From: Octopus bimaculoides
Lineage: Eukaryota
Direction: 5' to 3'
Length of the DNA: 64,000 bases
Assembly (NCBI RefSeq): GCF_001194135.2
Contig: NC_069002.1
Location: 8,195,924-8,259,923 of the forward strand
Part shown: positions 1 to 13,700 of the stretch, piece after piece
How the letters are laid out: each line of letters starts with the position of its first letter
How positions within the stretch are numbered: the first letter of the stretch is position 1
The notes under the pieces: model-generated
Told to the model about the DNA's origin: nothing
The model's database searches: none
The model's input: only the letters and a program-made list of their open reading frames with translations
Translations under genes and position numbers: made by a program

Positions 1-703
1 TTATATATATATATAACATACTGTTCCATGATAGATAGGTAGATATATATAGTGGGCTTCTTTTCAGTTTCCGTCTACCAAATCCACTCGCACAGTTTTG
101 TTTGGTCCATGCTACAGTAAAAATGTGTACCCACACAATGAGATTGAACCCAAAACCATGTGGTCTGCTACCACAACAGCTCCTTTATAGGATCCAGTTA
201 GCTCAAGACATCATCAGGAGGAACCAAGTCTGGTATCGGCCCCTACACCTCTACCGTTTTGACGTGGCGGGGCCCCCACTTTCGGAGGTGTCTTCAGCTC
301 TGGTGTTGAGTGCATGTCTTTTTTCTTCTGTTCCCTGACCTCTTTGATGCAGCGTCAACGAGTATCAGCGAAGTAATTAATGTTGGTATTGCTAGTGTTA
401 AGCAAAACTAGAATATACCTCTGTATATGTAGGTATGTGTTTTCTCTGTATGTGTTAAGTTAAAATTATCCAGCAAACAATCTCTGTAATTGTGTTTGTC
501 CTAACTTGAAATACTGGTTTCTTACAAGTCTCAATTGATAATTCCTAATTCCTTACTTCGTGTGTCAGACTAAACAATCACATAGTCTTCCAGACTATTT
601 ACTTTCATAGTTTCCTTTCCATTTTGTTTTTTATTTTATATTTTACAATTTTTAAAATTTATTTTTAATTATTTATTCATTTATTTGTTTTCATTCTTTC
701 CAG

Positions 704-759
704 AAAACCGTTCTTCACAGTGCTTCAAACACCACGAGACAAGGCGATGGTTACGTAAG
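704..759 (+). CDS. MFSD11: MFSD11 copy A exon 2 ([19 protein letters not shown])
   Basis: ttccag acceptor, AG|gtagat donor; 56 nt, same as copy B exon 2; N-T-T sequon in loop 1. Confidence 0.88.
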
Positions 760-3700
760 GTAGATACATATTCCTTTGTCAATATCACTTGTAATCAATT
801 TGACCAATAAACAGAAAGAAATGTAGTGCATTGGACTAAATCTCATGAAGTATTTTGCCTTGGCTGTTCTAGGTTCAAATCCTCTCACTTGATTTTTTTA
901 TTTCTATTTTATTTTATTTTATTTTTTTTACTTGGTTGGTCTCAAGGCAGGCATCAATCACCTTTGACCTTTATTGGTCCTCTAAGATTAATAAGAGAAA
1001 TTAAATTGATGTTTGTTATTGTTTTGTGGTGGTTGTGATGTTTAAATTTGTGTAATGTTTTTTTTTTTTTTTTTTTNNNNNNNNNNTTTTTTTTTTTTTT
1101 TATTTCCTTCCTTTCATCTAGTCTCGGTGTTATCTACACAACGTTCGCCATCTGCAACTGGATCGCTCCTGTTATTATATTCTTGTGTGGCACCAAAATT
1201 TCTATGATAATGGGTGGTGTCACATATCTGTGAGTATAACTATGTAGTTATATCATCATCATAATCATCCATCGTAATCGTCATCATTGTCATTGTAACT
1301 GTCATCACAACCATCATCATTTTGTAACCACTGTCATCATCATTGTCATCATCATATCATCACTATTACTCATCAACATCACACCATCACCATATCATCA
1401 TCGTCAACTCCTCAATATCTCTTTATTCTGTTATTCACAACTACACATCACCACATGTTCATATCCTTTCCTTTACATCCTATATGTCGTACCTGTTTAC
1501 GGCCAAGTAAACTGGAACTTCAGAGTGAAGTGTACCATTTACAAACATGGCATAACAGCTTTGCCAATATTTGAACCTCTGATGCTTTAGTTTGTGGATT
1601 GCAGCAATGTGATAAACAGAACCAACACAGACCAGTGGGAGACCCCTTACTTGGCCACTCAGCCTGCTGACAAAAGTACCCAAAATTTCCTCTAATCACA
1701 GTTCAAAAAGGACATCTTGTACTAGGTTGGAAAGTAAGTCTTCTCACATTTCAAGATGGGGAATAAACGACTGTTTTGTTGGTATTAATTGATATATTTA
1801 ATTAAGATAATATTTCTCCTCATTATTGATAACATTATTGTATCTACAGTTCTATATGAGGAATTATGTACATTATTTACATTGTTTACATTTGACGGAT
1901 ATTTGTCCTCATCTTGTTTGTTGTTCAAACAACGTTTCAGCTGATATACCTTCCAGCCTTCATCAGGTGTCTTGGGGAAATTTCGAACCTGGGTTCTCAT
2001 TCCAAAGGTATTTTTCACTGCTGCTGCTACTGTTGCTGTTGTTCAGGTCACTACCTGGAATTGAACTCAGAATCTTGGGGTTAAGAATGCTGGCTACTAA
2101 CCCCAAGATTCCAAGTTCGATTCTGGGCAATGACCTGAATAATAATAATAATCATCATCATCATCATCGTTTAACATCCGCTTTCCATGCTAGCATGGGC
2201 TGGACGATTCCTGGAAGCTGCTACCTACAAGTCATTAGTGATACATTACAGTCCCCAACATACAGTATGACAGAATGGTCATAGTGCTGTACTACTAATG
2301 ATAGAGTCTACTCGATCAGGGAAAACCTAGAGCTAAAAACAATAGCTCACATGGTTCATTGTCTTTCAACATCAAAATTAGACAAATAAATCTCTTATCT
2401 TAATCTTTAATCAAAAGGAAGTGCCCGTGTCAATGACCTCAAGAGCTAATTCCATGTTTAAAGTTCAGTGGTGGTTCAAATACAAATTGTTGGAGATAAT
2501 AAATATAATTTTAAAAATCCACTATACACAATTGAGTCAGTATTTAATTAAAATAGTCATCTGTGTAATATACTTAATGTATACACACCATTGATAGGCC
2601 ATTACCTGCAGTATTTTTCCTGTGATAACATCTCTTATGGATGTGTTGTATTAAAAACACCATAAATATCCAAGAGAGAGAGAGAGATTCATCATAGCTG
2701 TAAGCTGAAAGAATGGTAGATGCATTGATTGGCTGAGAGTATGCACCAATGCAAAAACTCAAAAGGACTGAAATGCACTGGAAGCTCTCATTGGTCACAG
2801 CTTGAATGACTTTTCATCTGTCTCTGATATTTATTGTATTTTCAGTCCATAAGCAAGTCCATAAGAAATGTTATTTCAGGACAAAATAGTGCAGCAACTG
2901 GCCTATAAACAATGTATATACATTAAGTATGATATATAGATGGCTGTCTTGATTTTAAAAATGCCATTCATCAGTTACATTTTAGTTAAATGTTTTATTT
3001 TCCAGACTGTTTATCTTGTCTTTCCTGAAACCAATATATTGGACTCTCTATTTAGGATCTGTCTTGATAGGATTTGGAGCAGCAGGTAATTGTTTAATCC
3101 CATATTAACCATTCAGTATTGATCTGGAACATTGGCTACCAAAAGTTTCTATATTGTTACTTTATTCTTCTTCACCCTTTTGTTACCAGTTGAAATACAT
3201 TGCTTTTGTTTCAATTACTCATTAAAGTAATGATATAATGAAATAATTTTCTCCATGGGTGCATGCATGGCAAACTGGTTAAGAAACTTGCTTTGCAACC
3301 AGGTGGTTTCAGGTTCAGTTCGTCTGCATGACACCTAGAGAAAGTGTCTTCTGTTATAGCCCCGGACTGACCAAAGCCTTGTGATTGAATTCGGTAGATA
3401 GATGCTATGGCAACCTGTTGTATATATGTATGTGTGATTCTATGTACCAAATCCACTCACAAAGAATTATTTGGCCCAGAGTTATAGCAGAAATCACTTG
3501 CTGAAGGGGCCACGCAGTGAAACTGAACCTAAATTTACATGGCTGGGAAACAAGCTTCATAACCACTCAGCCACACCTGCACGTACATCATTTATTTATG
3601 TAATGTCTGTATAATTTACCATTTTTTCACATAGGTTTATCTAAAAAAAAAAAAAAATATAGAAATTAATAATAATTTCTTTTGAACTTCCACATTTCAG

Positions 3701-4670
3701 TCATTTGGACAGCACAAGGAGCATTTCTCACCAATAACTCTAACTCAGAGACAATGTCTAGGAACAGCGGAATATTTTGGGCTCTTTTACAGTGCAGGTA
3801 AGTTTGGCATGGATGGCTGCATACAGACGTGTTTGTGTGAGCGTGTATATATATCCAGGTTTAGGTGTAATAAGATATGTATTCATGTGCATACGTGTAT
3901 GGATGTGAAGATATTTCAGTATATGTATGTTGTGTGTATACAGATAAATGTGTAATGAGGTGTATATAGGTGCAGATGTAAATATATGGATTTTCGATTT
4001 TCTACCATTGAAACAAAGTGACCCTCCAAATTTTTTCCATCCATTTTGAGAAGCGTTCCTGCAGCTACCTGGTCAATCCAGAAACCATGTCAAATCAGGC
4101 TGAAGTTTAGTGCAGCCCCTCAGCTTTCCAGCCCTGGTCAAACCGTCCAACCCCTGCCAGCATGGATAATGAACATTAAGTGATGGTGATGATATATATA
4201 TANNNNNNNNNNNNNNNNNNNNNNNNNNNNNNNNNNNNNNNNNNNNNNNNNNNNNNNNNNNNNNNNNNNNNNNNNNNNNNNNNNNNNNNNNNNNNNNNNN
4301 NNNNNNNNNNNNNNNNNNNNNNNNNNNNNNNNNNNNNNNNNNNNNNNNNNNNNNNNNNNNNNNNNNNNNNNNNNNNNNNNNNNNNNNNNNNNNNNNNNNN
4401 NNNNNNNNNNNNNNNNNNNNNNNNNNNNNNNNNNNNNNNNNNNNNNNNNNNATGAAGTTATGTCCAAGCTGGAAATGGATCTTATGTTTGTGTCAGACAC
4501 CCGGAATTATGTAGCTTGCCCCCTTGGAAGAAATGCTTTTGTTCTATGCCTTATTTTTATTTGTTTTCCTTTTTTTTTTCTTTATTTGTTTGAATTTTTG
4601 CTTTTAGCCATTAATGTATGGTTAAGTAAGAACGGAACTTTGTCAAACTATGAGACTTAAGTAACACCAG

Positions 4671-4705
<35 letters not shown>

Positions 4706-7700
4706 TGAGAAAGAGAGAGAGAGAGAGATGGGAAGAAAGAAATATTTGGTAGCAATGCAACACTGTGCCATATCATTCTGTGACATTTTCTCCAATTCCT
4801 TTGATTAATTTTGACCCCAATTTTCTTCTTCTTTTCCCTATTTTTATATAGTTTATTATGGGGTAACATCTACACTTATTTCACCTTCCAAGGAAAAGAG
4901 GTCATCAGTTCCCAAATGCGATTACAGTTATTTGCTGGTCTCAGCGGCGCCTGTGGACTTGGTGTCCTTCTCTTATTTATTCTCAGATCAAAAGTTCCAC
5001 CTCCACCATTATCCAGTGTTGAACCTTCCAGTGATGAACCTTCCAGTGATAAGACTGAGAGCAGGTAAACATCTGTGAATATGATAAAATTGTTCAGAAT
5101 TTGATGTCAGTAATTAATTACAAATTATATTTGTCTTTTTGTATTTTTTGTAAAACTTGTCCAAAAGGAAACAAGAATTTCCGTTTAACCCTTTTTTTAA
5201 CTAGGCATATCTGGCCCAAATACCTGTTGTGTCTTATAAGAAACATCCACATAAAGGCAATAAGGAAACTACTTTTGAATTGTAAGGTCTCATAAATAAT
5301 CCTATAACAACAAACTATTTTTTTTTTTGGTTGTTAAGGAAATCACCAGGGTCATTTGTTGTTCTGATGGCCCAGAAAGAAGAAAGTACTTTATTGACAT
5401 TTCACATTACCATATAGCATATAGTGTAAACATGTTATGTAAATATGTAATGTAAACATGGAGGTGCAATGGCCCAGTGGTTAGGGCAACGGACTCGCGG
5501 TCATAGGATCGCGGTTTCGATTCCCAGACCGGGCATTGTGAGTGTTTATTGAGCGAAAACACCTAAAGCTCCAATTGGCTCCGGCAGGGGATGGTGGCGA
5601 ACCCTGCTGTACTCTTCCACCACAACTTTCTCTCACTCTTACTTTCTGTTTCTGTTGTGCCTGTAATTCAAAGGGTCAGCCTTGTCACACTGTGTCATGC
5701 TGAATATCCCCGAGAACTACGTTAAGGGTACACGTGTCTGTGGAGTGCTCAGCCACTTGCACGTTAATTTCATGAGCAGGCTGTTCCGTTGATCGGATCA
5801 ACTGGAACCCTCGACGTCGTAAGCGACGGAGTGCCAACAACAAGTGTAAACATGTATAAACCTTCAAACATCATGACACAATGACACAGTTGCTCTATTG
5901 ATTATTTTATTGACTATCCTATTAAAATTAAAACCTTTTCACTTTGTTATTTTTATATTTTCATTTCAGTCCTGAGAACATTGTGGGTGTCAAAAGTACA
6001 TTCTGTGAGTTCTTATTTTTCTCTTTCCTCTTTTTTCCTCTTCATTCTCTCTACTTTTACCTTTTCTCCTACTTACACTAATATATCCTCTCCTCCTGCT
6101 CTACATTTTGTGAAAACTTTGTTTAGTTTTTCTCACTAACTTTAATATTTATTTCTTTATTTCTGTCTGTCTGTCTCTCTGTCTCTCTCTCTCGTTCCTG
6201 CCTCCTATGAGTCCATCATCTGCCAAAATTAAATCAACTTTGTCAGTAGAACCCTTCTTTACTGATTCAAGTGTATTTTGTGTTCTGGCTGGAATATTTT
6301 AAATCTTAGAACTAAAATGTGTTCCAATAATGTGCTAGAGGTCTGTAGGCATACAGGTCACCGTTTCAAACCCACCAGGGGAATCCTGTTGTATATTGGA
6401 TCAGAACACCTAATTCTTCAGCATTTTTCTGTCTTATGTCCAACTACCAGGGACAGATACTCTTACTCCCTCCCTCCATCTATCCCTGTTTGTCAGTTTC
6501 TCCATTCCTCCTTATCTTTCTATCTCTCTCTCTCTCTTTGTCTGTCCACTTACTTTGGTTAGAATCCTAAGATAAACGTGATTTTTGTCTTGGACACTTT
6601 TACCAATCTGGCTCTTAATGTTTTACTGTTTCCATTGCAGTGAGGGCATTTCAATTGTTCAAGAATAAAGATATGCAACTGCTTCTCTTACCATTTGTGT
6701 ACACAGGTAAGTACATATTTTTGATTCGGTCATTCATTACCTTTCCCTCTCACTGTCTTTCTAATAAGTACCAGGGATCTTTTTTTAAAACGGGGGCCAC
6801 AGTTTTCATTAATGTTTTACGTAGTGTTTTTGGTACCGAAAGACTTTCAAACTTCGTATACTTATCTATTTTGTGTTATAGAACAGAAAAATATTTTTGT
6901 ATTCGAATTTATTTCATGTAAAAAAATTGTCTTATTTCGATAATTTCAACCAATCACTGACAAGTATTCAGTTGTTTATATTTACTCCTTTGGCTGATTA
7001 AGCGGTGTAAAGCGTATTTAATCTCCATAANNNNNNNNNNNNNNNNNNNNNNNNNNNNNNNNNNNNNNNNNNNNNNNNNNNNNNNNNNNNNNNNNNNNNN
7101 NNNNNNNNNNNNNNNNNNNNNNNNNNNNNNNNNNNNNNNNNNNNNNNNNNNNNNNNNNNNNNNNNNNNNNNNNNNNNNNNNNNNNNNNNNNNNNNNNNNN
7201 NNNNNNNNNNNNNNNNNACATATTTTTGATTCGGTCATTCATTACCTTTCCCTCTCACTGTCTTTCTAATAAATACTAACTCTTTATCTAACACATACAA
7301 TCACACACTCACTCACATAGACCCTCTTTCTCACTCTCTCTCCCTAACACATTTCCTCACTATTTGTTTTGTCTGTGCCACATTGACTTCTTCCTTTAAA
7401 AAGAAATCATGTTGGTGTTTATTTAAATTAAATTTCTGGTGACCTCACTAGTGTTGGTGCTACAAGAAAAGCTCCTTGTACATTCTGTCAAGTTAATTGC
7501 TGGTAGGAACACTGTATTTTTTCGTATTCCAACCATAACATGCTACCAAGTAGATTAAANNNNNNNNNNGTTTCGTTAAGAAAATACTGTGGCCCCCGTT
7601 TTAAAAAAGATCCCTACTAACTCTTTATCTAACACATACAATCACACACTCACTCACATAGTCTTTCTCTCCCTAACACATTTCCTCACTATTTGTTTTG

Positions 7701-10700
7701 TCTGTGCCACATTGACTTCTTCCTTTAAAAAGAAATCATGTTGGTGTTTATTTAAATTAAATTTCTGGTGACCTCACTAGTGTTGGTGCTACAAGAAAAG
7801 CTCCTTGTACATTCTGTCAAGTTAATTGCTGGTAGGAACACTGTATTTTTTCGTATTCCAACCATAACATGCTACCAAGTAGATTAAAGGTTTTATAAGT
7901 CAATGCTGTGTCCTACTTTTTAACAGCGCAATACAATCACTTATAACTCTGCAAGATTTTCTATAGAATTTAGAGCCAGCACTTAATAGCTTCTTGTAAT
8001 GCGAAATAACCTTTATTTAGATTTTATTTCAGAGAACTAAAATTCCTACTTCTTTATTTCCTTTTATTCTGTTTTTCCTAATCCAGGAATTGAACTGACG
8101 TTTTTCTCTGGTATCTACGGCACATGTCTTGCTAACAACAAACATTTTGGGGATAAGGCTAATGGATTGATTGGAATATCAGGAATGATTATTGGCATTG
8201 GTGAAATCCTTGGTATGTTGTATTTTATTACCTCTGCCTTAGCGAAGACGGAGGTATTGTTTTCAGTTGTCTTTGTTTGTTTGAGGACAAGATATCTCAA
8301 GAACCGCTGGATGAATTTGGATGAAACTTTCAGGGATGTTTGGCCTCGTGACTGGCATGTGGAGGTATGCAAAGGTAGTGTTGGTATAGATGGGAAAATG
8401 AATGGATGGAAGAAGAAATTCTTATGAAATCTATTACTGAAGTATTTTATTCTAGTTTCCATATTTCTTTGAAAGTTTATTTCTATATCTACATTCACAG
8501 GCGGTGGTATTTTTGGTATCTTCGGAAAATGGACTCAACGTTTCGGCAAAGACCCTTTCATATTGTTGGGATATGTGGTTCATGTAACAGCGTGTTACCT
8601 TGCTTTTATAAATTTACCACCTGACTCTGCACAAGTGGAATCAAATTCTTCTACATATTTATCATCAAGGTGAGAGCAATTTTCTGGAATTCTTTCAGAA
8701 AAAAACAAAAAACATGTTTTTTATTAATTGTGTCTAATAATCTTTTATTCTGTGAAATATGTCAGCATAGCTTTGTAGCTGGGAAGTATTTGTCTATGAG
8801 AGATTCTGTACAATGTTGTTAATGTTTTTATTATTAATTCATATTTTAAGATGGCAAGCTGCCAGAATCATTAGCATGCCGGGCACCAATTCTGCCCTTT
8901 GCTCTGTTCTGTTCTGAGTTCAAATTCTGACAAAGTCAACTTTGCCTTTCATCCTTGCAGGGTCAATAAATTAAGTGTAATCGACTAGTCCCCTCTCGCC
9001 AAATCAGATTGGAGCCTGGTGTTGCCATCTGGTTCACCAGTCCTCAATCAAATCGTTCGACCCATGCTAGAATGGAAAGTGGACATTAAACGATGATGAT
9101 GATGATGTGGGTGGATGTTGAGAAAATGGCCAGTGTGAAAAGACCAATTCTGAGAATACACCTGTAAAAATAAAAGGTCTTTTGCCCTATTGATCAGGTA
9201 CCCATGGTTTTTGTGGGTTTTTCCGCAAGTAACCTTTAAAGCTCTTGCCCCCATTGGGAGTTTTACTTGTTACCGTTTTATTGCTATTTAATGTTTACAT
9301 GAATGTGAAAATCCTTTGTCTCGTCTTGTGTTGTCTTTTATGTATAATTTATATTATCCCTTGTGGCCAATAAAGGAATACATTATTATTATTTAAGGAG
9401 GTGAGTTGGCAGAGGTGTTAGCACACCAGGCAAAATGCTTGGCAGCATTTTGTCCGTCTTCACATTCTGGGGTCAACTTTGCCTTTCATCCTTTTGGCAT
9501 CGATAATATAAACCCCAGTTGATCACTGGGGTCAAAGTAATTGACTTACTACCTTCCCATGAAATTGCTGGCCTTGTGCTAAAATTTGAAACCATGCTGC
9601 GATTGATTGTTTCAGTTGTAGAATCATAGTCTTCCCTAAACCATTTCCCAATCTCCACTGAAATTAATAAAACCTAATCAGCCATTTTCTATCATCTGGG
9701 GCATTGCCCCAGCCATTGACCAATTGTGCTGTATATCATGTTTCATCTCTAATATTGTTGCTGTCTCTCTCTTTCAGTATTGCTGTAGCGTTAGTCTGTA
9801 GCTTTTTACTTGGATTTGGTGATAGCATTTTTAATACACAGGTAAGAACATTCTTTCGATTGCATTTATAAAAGTAGAGAGCCTTTATTAGCATATTATT
9901 GTTGTTGTCTAGTCCAAGATAATCTCTTAAACAGTAGACCTTTGAGGCATTCTAGCCATGAACATTCTGTCTTTCTGTGTTGGCATAACATATGTGGAAA
10001 AAAAACAAAACCTTTTATTGAATTCTCTTAAGCAAAGTAAGACAATGAAAACAAAAGATTTAGTCGGTCATTTATTGATATTACGTGATATACACAAGCT
10101 GAAAGCACCTTTCATCATTTAACGTCTGCCTTCCATGCTGGCATGGGTTGGATGGTTTGACATGAGCCTGCAACAGGCTGGATGCCCTTCCAAATGCCAA
10201 CCGCTTCACAGGGTAGAGTGGATGCTTTTTACATGGCACCAGCAGGGTCAGCAAGCAGCTTGCAAGACAAGGAATTTTTTGAGAGGGGCGGGACCATTGG
10301 AGGAGGCGATCTTGTGTCAAATGATGAAAGATTTGAGTGTAACAGAAGAGACAGTCAGAAATATAGCCACCAGTATTAAAAACACTGTATATACAAGTAA
10401 TGCCATGGTACTAAGACAAATATTCCAGCCAACACCACCAAGAAACTCTTCCACAGCCTTACGGTTTCTCCCATTGAACGAGAAATATGTTAGAAATCTG
10501 CTAATAGCATCAACCAGTTTTTCTTTGTGGTAGGTTACTAACAACATCCTGCTGGATTATTTTGCTCATTGTCACTCACTGACTTTTTTTTCTGCGACGT
10601 TTGGCTGTTCTTTCTAGCACGCCAGATAACCACTTAGAGCTGGCTCTGTATTTCTACGCAGAGATCACCTTCGATTCTGCTATTATGGCTGCGGGAAGGT

Positions 10701-13700
10701 CACATCTATTTCTTTAACTCCAGCAAGATATATGATTTTTATTTCATCAAGTCGGAAGGTTCGAACTATGAAGTCAAATCCCGTAAAATTTATATTCGGA
10801 ACATAGAAAGAAACTAATTTCTTTAGTAACAGATTTAATCGAATGGAAAGTAAAAAAGAAAAAGAAAAGTAAAACATGCGTGTAAGGGAAATAACTCTTA
10901 CTCAGTTCAGGGGAGATAAATCTCAAATATACTTCAGTTTCTCGGAATAGTTACAGCGTCGAACGAATAACTTACAGCATTTGGTGACGATCCTTTACGC
11001 ACCGAGTTCAAATCTCTTCAAGGTTGATTTTGATTTTTATTCTTCTATGATCAGTAAAAAAATAAGACTAGTCAAGTCCTGCTATTCATATCGATTTTTC
11101 CTTTCCGAATGTTTCGCTTTGTTTGTACGACTAGGGATGCCATATCTCTCTCTCTGTCTCCTTTTTCCTCTCACCATCTCTCTTCCTCTACTCTGTTGCT
11201 CCTCTCTAATCTCATCATCTCTCTTTTTCTGTTCCTTTCCAGATATTCGCTATATTAGGAACTGTATTCCCAGAAGATGGAGCACCTGCTTTTGCATTGT
11301 ACAAATTCGCTCAGGTAATTCTTTCATTTCTGTTCCTGGATGGTCAATTGTGTATACACCCACCATATGTGTATACTGCCCAATGGCTATTTACTAACTG
11401 TCCATGAGTATACTAACCACTAAACTGCATCTTCATCCTTTGGCATTTAAACTAGTCTTATCCCGTCGAAATATTCTATTTGTTTTGTGTTAAAACTGAC
11501 CAGAGCCAACCTCTCACACTTACCCCACAATGTCACTCTAAAAGTATACAAACACACCAGTGAAATTTTTAACCTACAAAATATGCTGTTCTTGAGAAGA
11601 CCTCTTGAGCCAAGTGAAATCGTAGTCGTGGCTGATGCCAGTGCCACCTGACTGGTACCCATCCCAGTGGCATGTAAAAAGCACCATTCAAGAGTGGCTG
11701 ATGTCAGTGCTGCCTGACTGGCTCCTGTGCCAGTGGCACGTAAAACGCCCCATAAAATGTAATTAAATAAGTAATACATTTGACAAAGAAATCTGAATGC
11801 TAAAAGATTAATGATCTCTCTCTGTCTGTATACTAACTTGACTACATACTGACCAGTGACCGTGTATATACTGACCACTGTGTATATTCTGGCCAATGGT
11901 TGTGTGGTCATCATATATACTGGCTGTGTAAGCACAAGTGTTAGTCAATTACATCAACCTCCAGAGCTCAGCTGATTCTAATTTGATGTAATCGACTCTT
12001 GCCCACCTCCCCTCAAAAGTGCTCTTGTGGCAAAAATTTGAAATAATAATAATTATTATTATTATTAAGGCGGCAAGCTAGCAGAATCGTTAGCATGCTG
12101 AATGAAATGGTTAGCGGTATTTCTCCTGACACTGAGTTCAAATTCCCCTAAGGTTAACTTTACCTTTCATCCTCTCAGGATTGATAAAATAAGTACCAGT
12201 TGAAAACTGAGGTCAATGTAATTGACTCATCCTCACCTCCCCCAAGCTGCCCTTATGGCTAAAAATTGTAATTACTATTATCATTATTATTTTAATTGTT
12301 GTGGATGTCATTTACTCTTTCAGTCTTATTATTATTATTGTAATTGATGTCATTTACTCTTTCAGTCAATTGCAGCTGCCATCTCCTTCTTGTACAGTAT
12401 AGCACTTCCACTCCAATGGCAGTTATTCATCATAGTCATCTTAGGTACATTTGCTTCCCTCTCATTTTTCATATTGGAATGGAGTATATTTGGAAGGCTA
12501 CCACGTAAGTATTCCTCTTGTTCTTTCTCTTATTTCCGTTCTGAGGCACAACAAATTTTGTTTGATTTTATCAACACCTTGCCTCAGTACCGATAATGAA
12601 TTTTACCGGTTTCTTAATTTAAGAATGGGGATATAAGAAACTATTCTAAAACAAAGGGTCACAATTTGACTCAACCTTTTCACAAACACATAGACGTATA
12701 AGCATGCATGAATTATGTCTTCTAGAAAGTTTCAGTCTATCAAATTCTTCTTTAAAGTCATTAGCTAACTATGTCATTATCATTTGAAGTTAATCAGCAT
12801 TTGTTGGCAGCCTTGGCAGGATATGATTGGTCCAAGAACAGCATTATGCTCTAGTGTCTGCTTTGGCATGATTCTTACAGCTGGGTACCCTTCCAAATTC
12901 TAACTAATCTTCATCATGTACCAAATGCGTTTTTCAAGCCACCAGTGCTTTGTGAGGTTGCCGTGCATCTCACAAGACTGTGAACTCCAAGGGTGGTGGG
13001 TTAAGGTATGAGAGAAGTGGGTAATGCAGAGCTGGTTCCTGCTGTAAGAGGAAGAACATGGTTACTCACATTTAGAGGAGAGAATGAAAATGAATCAGTA
13101 GTTTTTGGAAAGGAGATGATGTATAATATGTATCATCATTTAATGTTGGCATGGGTTGGACAGTGTGACCAGGGCTGGCAAACCGGAGAGCTGCACCAGG
13201 CTCCAGTCTGATTTGACATGGTTTCTATGGCTGTATGCCCTTCCTAATGCCAACCACTTTACGCAGTGTGCTGGGTGCTTTTACATGGCACCACATGGGA
13301 GCTGCACAGGTGCTTTACATGACCGGAAGGATCAGTCTTAACACTCTTGTACTCCACAGTATATATGAATAAATGACTGACCAATTGATTAATAATAATA
13401 ATAATAACAATAATAGTAAAAGAAATGAAATTGAACCCCAGTGTACATGTTTATTGTTGGCATAATGACCCTTCTAAAATACAAGAAAATCAAATATGAC
13501 TTTGAAGTCATTGTCTTTATTATAACATAGAAGCAAACATTAATATGTGTGTTTGTGTCTTTTGGTTTTGGAATTGCGCAATAGTTGTAAATAAGTGTCC
13601 CTGTTATACAAGCAGTGTCATTCAATTCCAAATGTCTATGAACACATGTCAGGTTATGGAGAAATATAACTTTGCTTGGAAACAGGTGAAGGTTAATGGA

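Noticed and set aside
5461-5535. tRNA genes at SINE heads (also 16465, 46800, 14366, 59846)
   Set aside because: A/B boxes continue into repeat bodies with tails and TSDs; no complete acceptor stem recognised.
10135-10547. Overlapping 132-aa and 76-aa ORFs in copy A intron 11
   Set aside because: They start in a SINE-like repeat, show no recognisable domain, and are not needed for the gene model.
12505-12596. Read-through of exon 13 into intron 13 as the C-terminus of copy A
   Set aside because: A strong GTAAGT donor is present at the same position as in copy B; kept only as an alternative.
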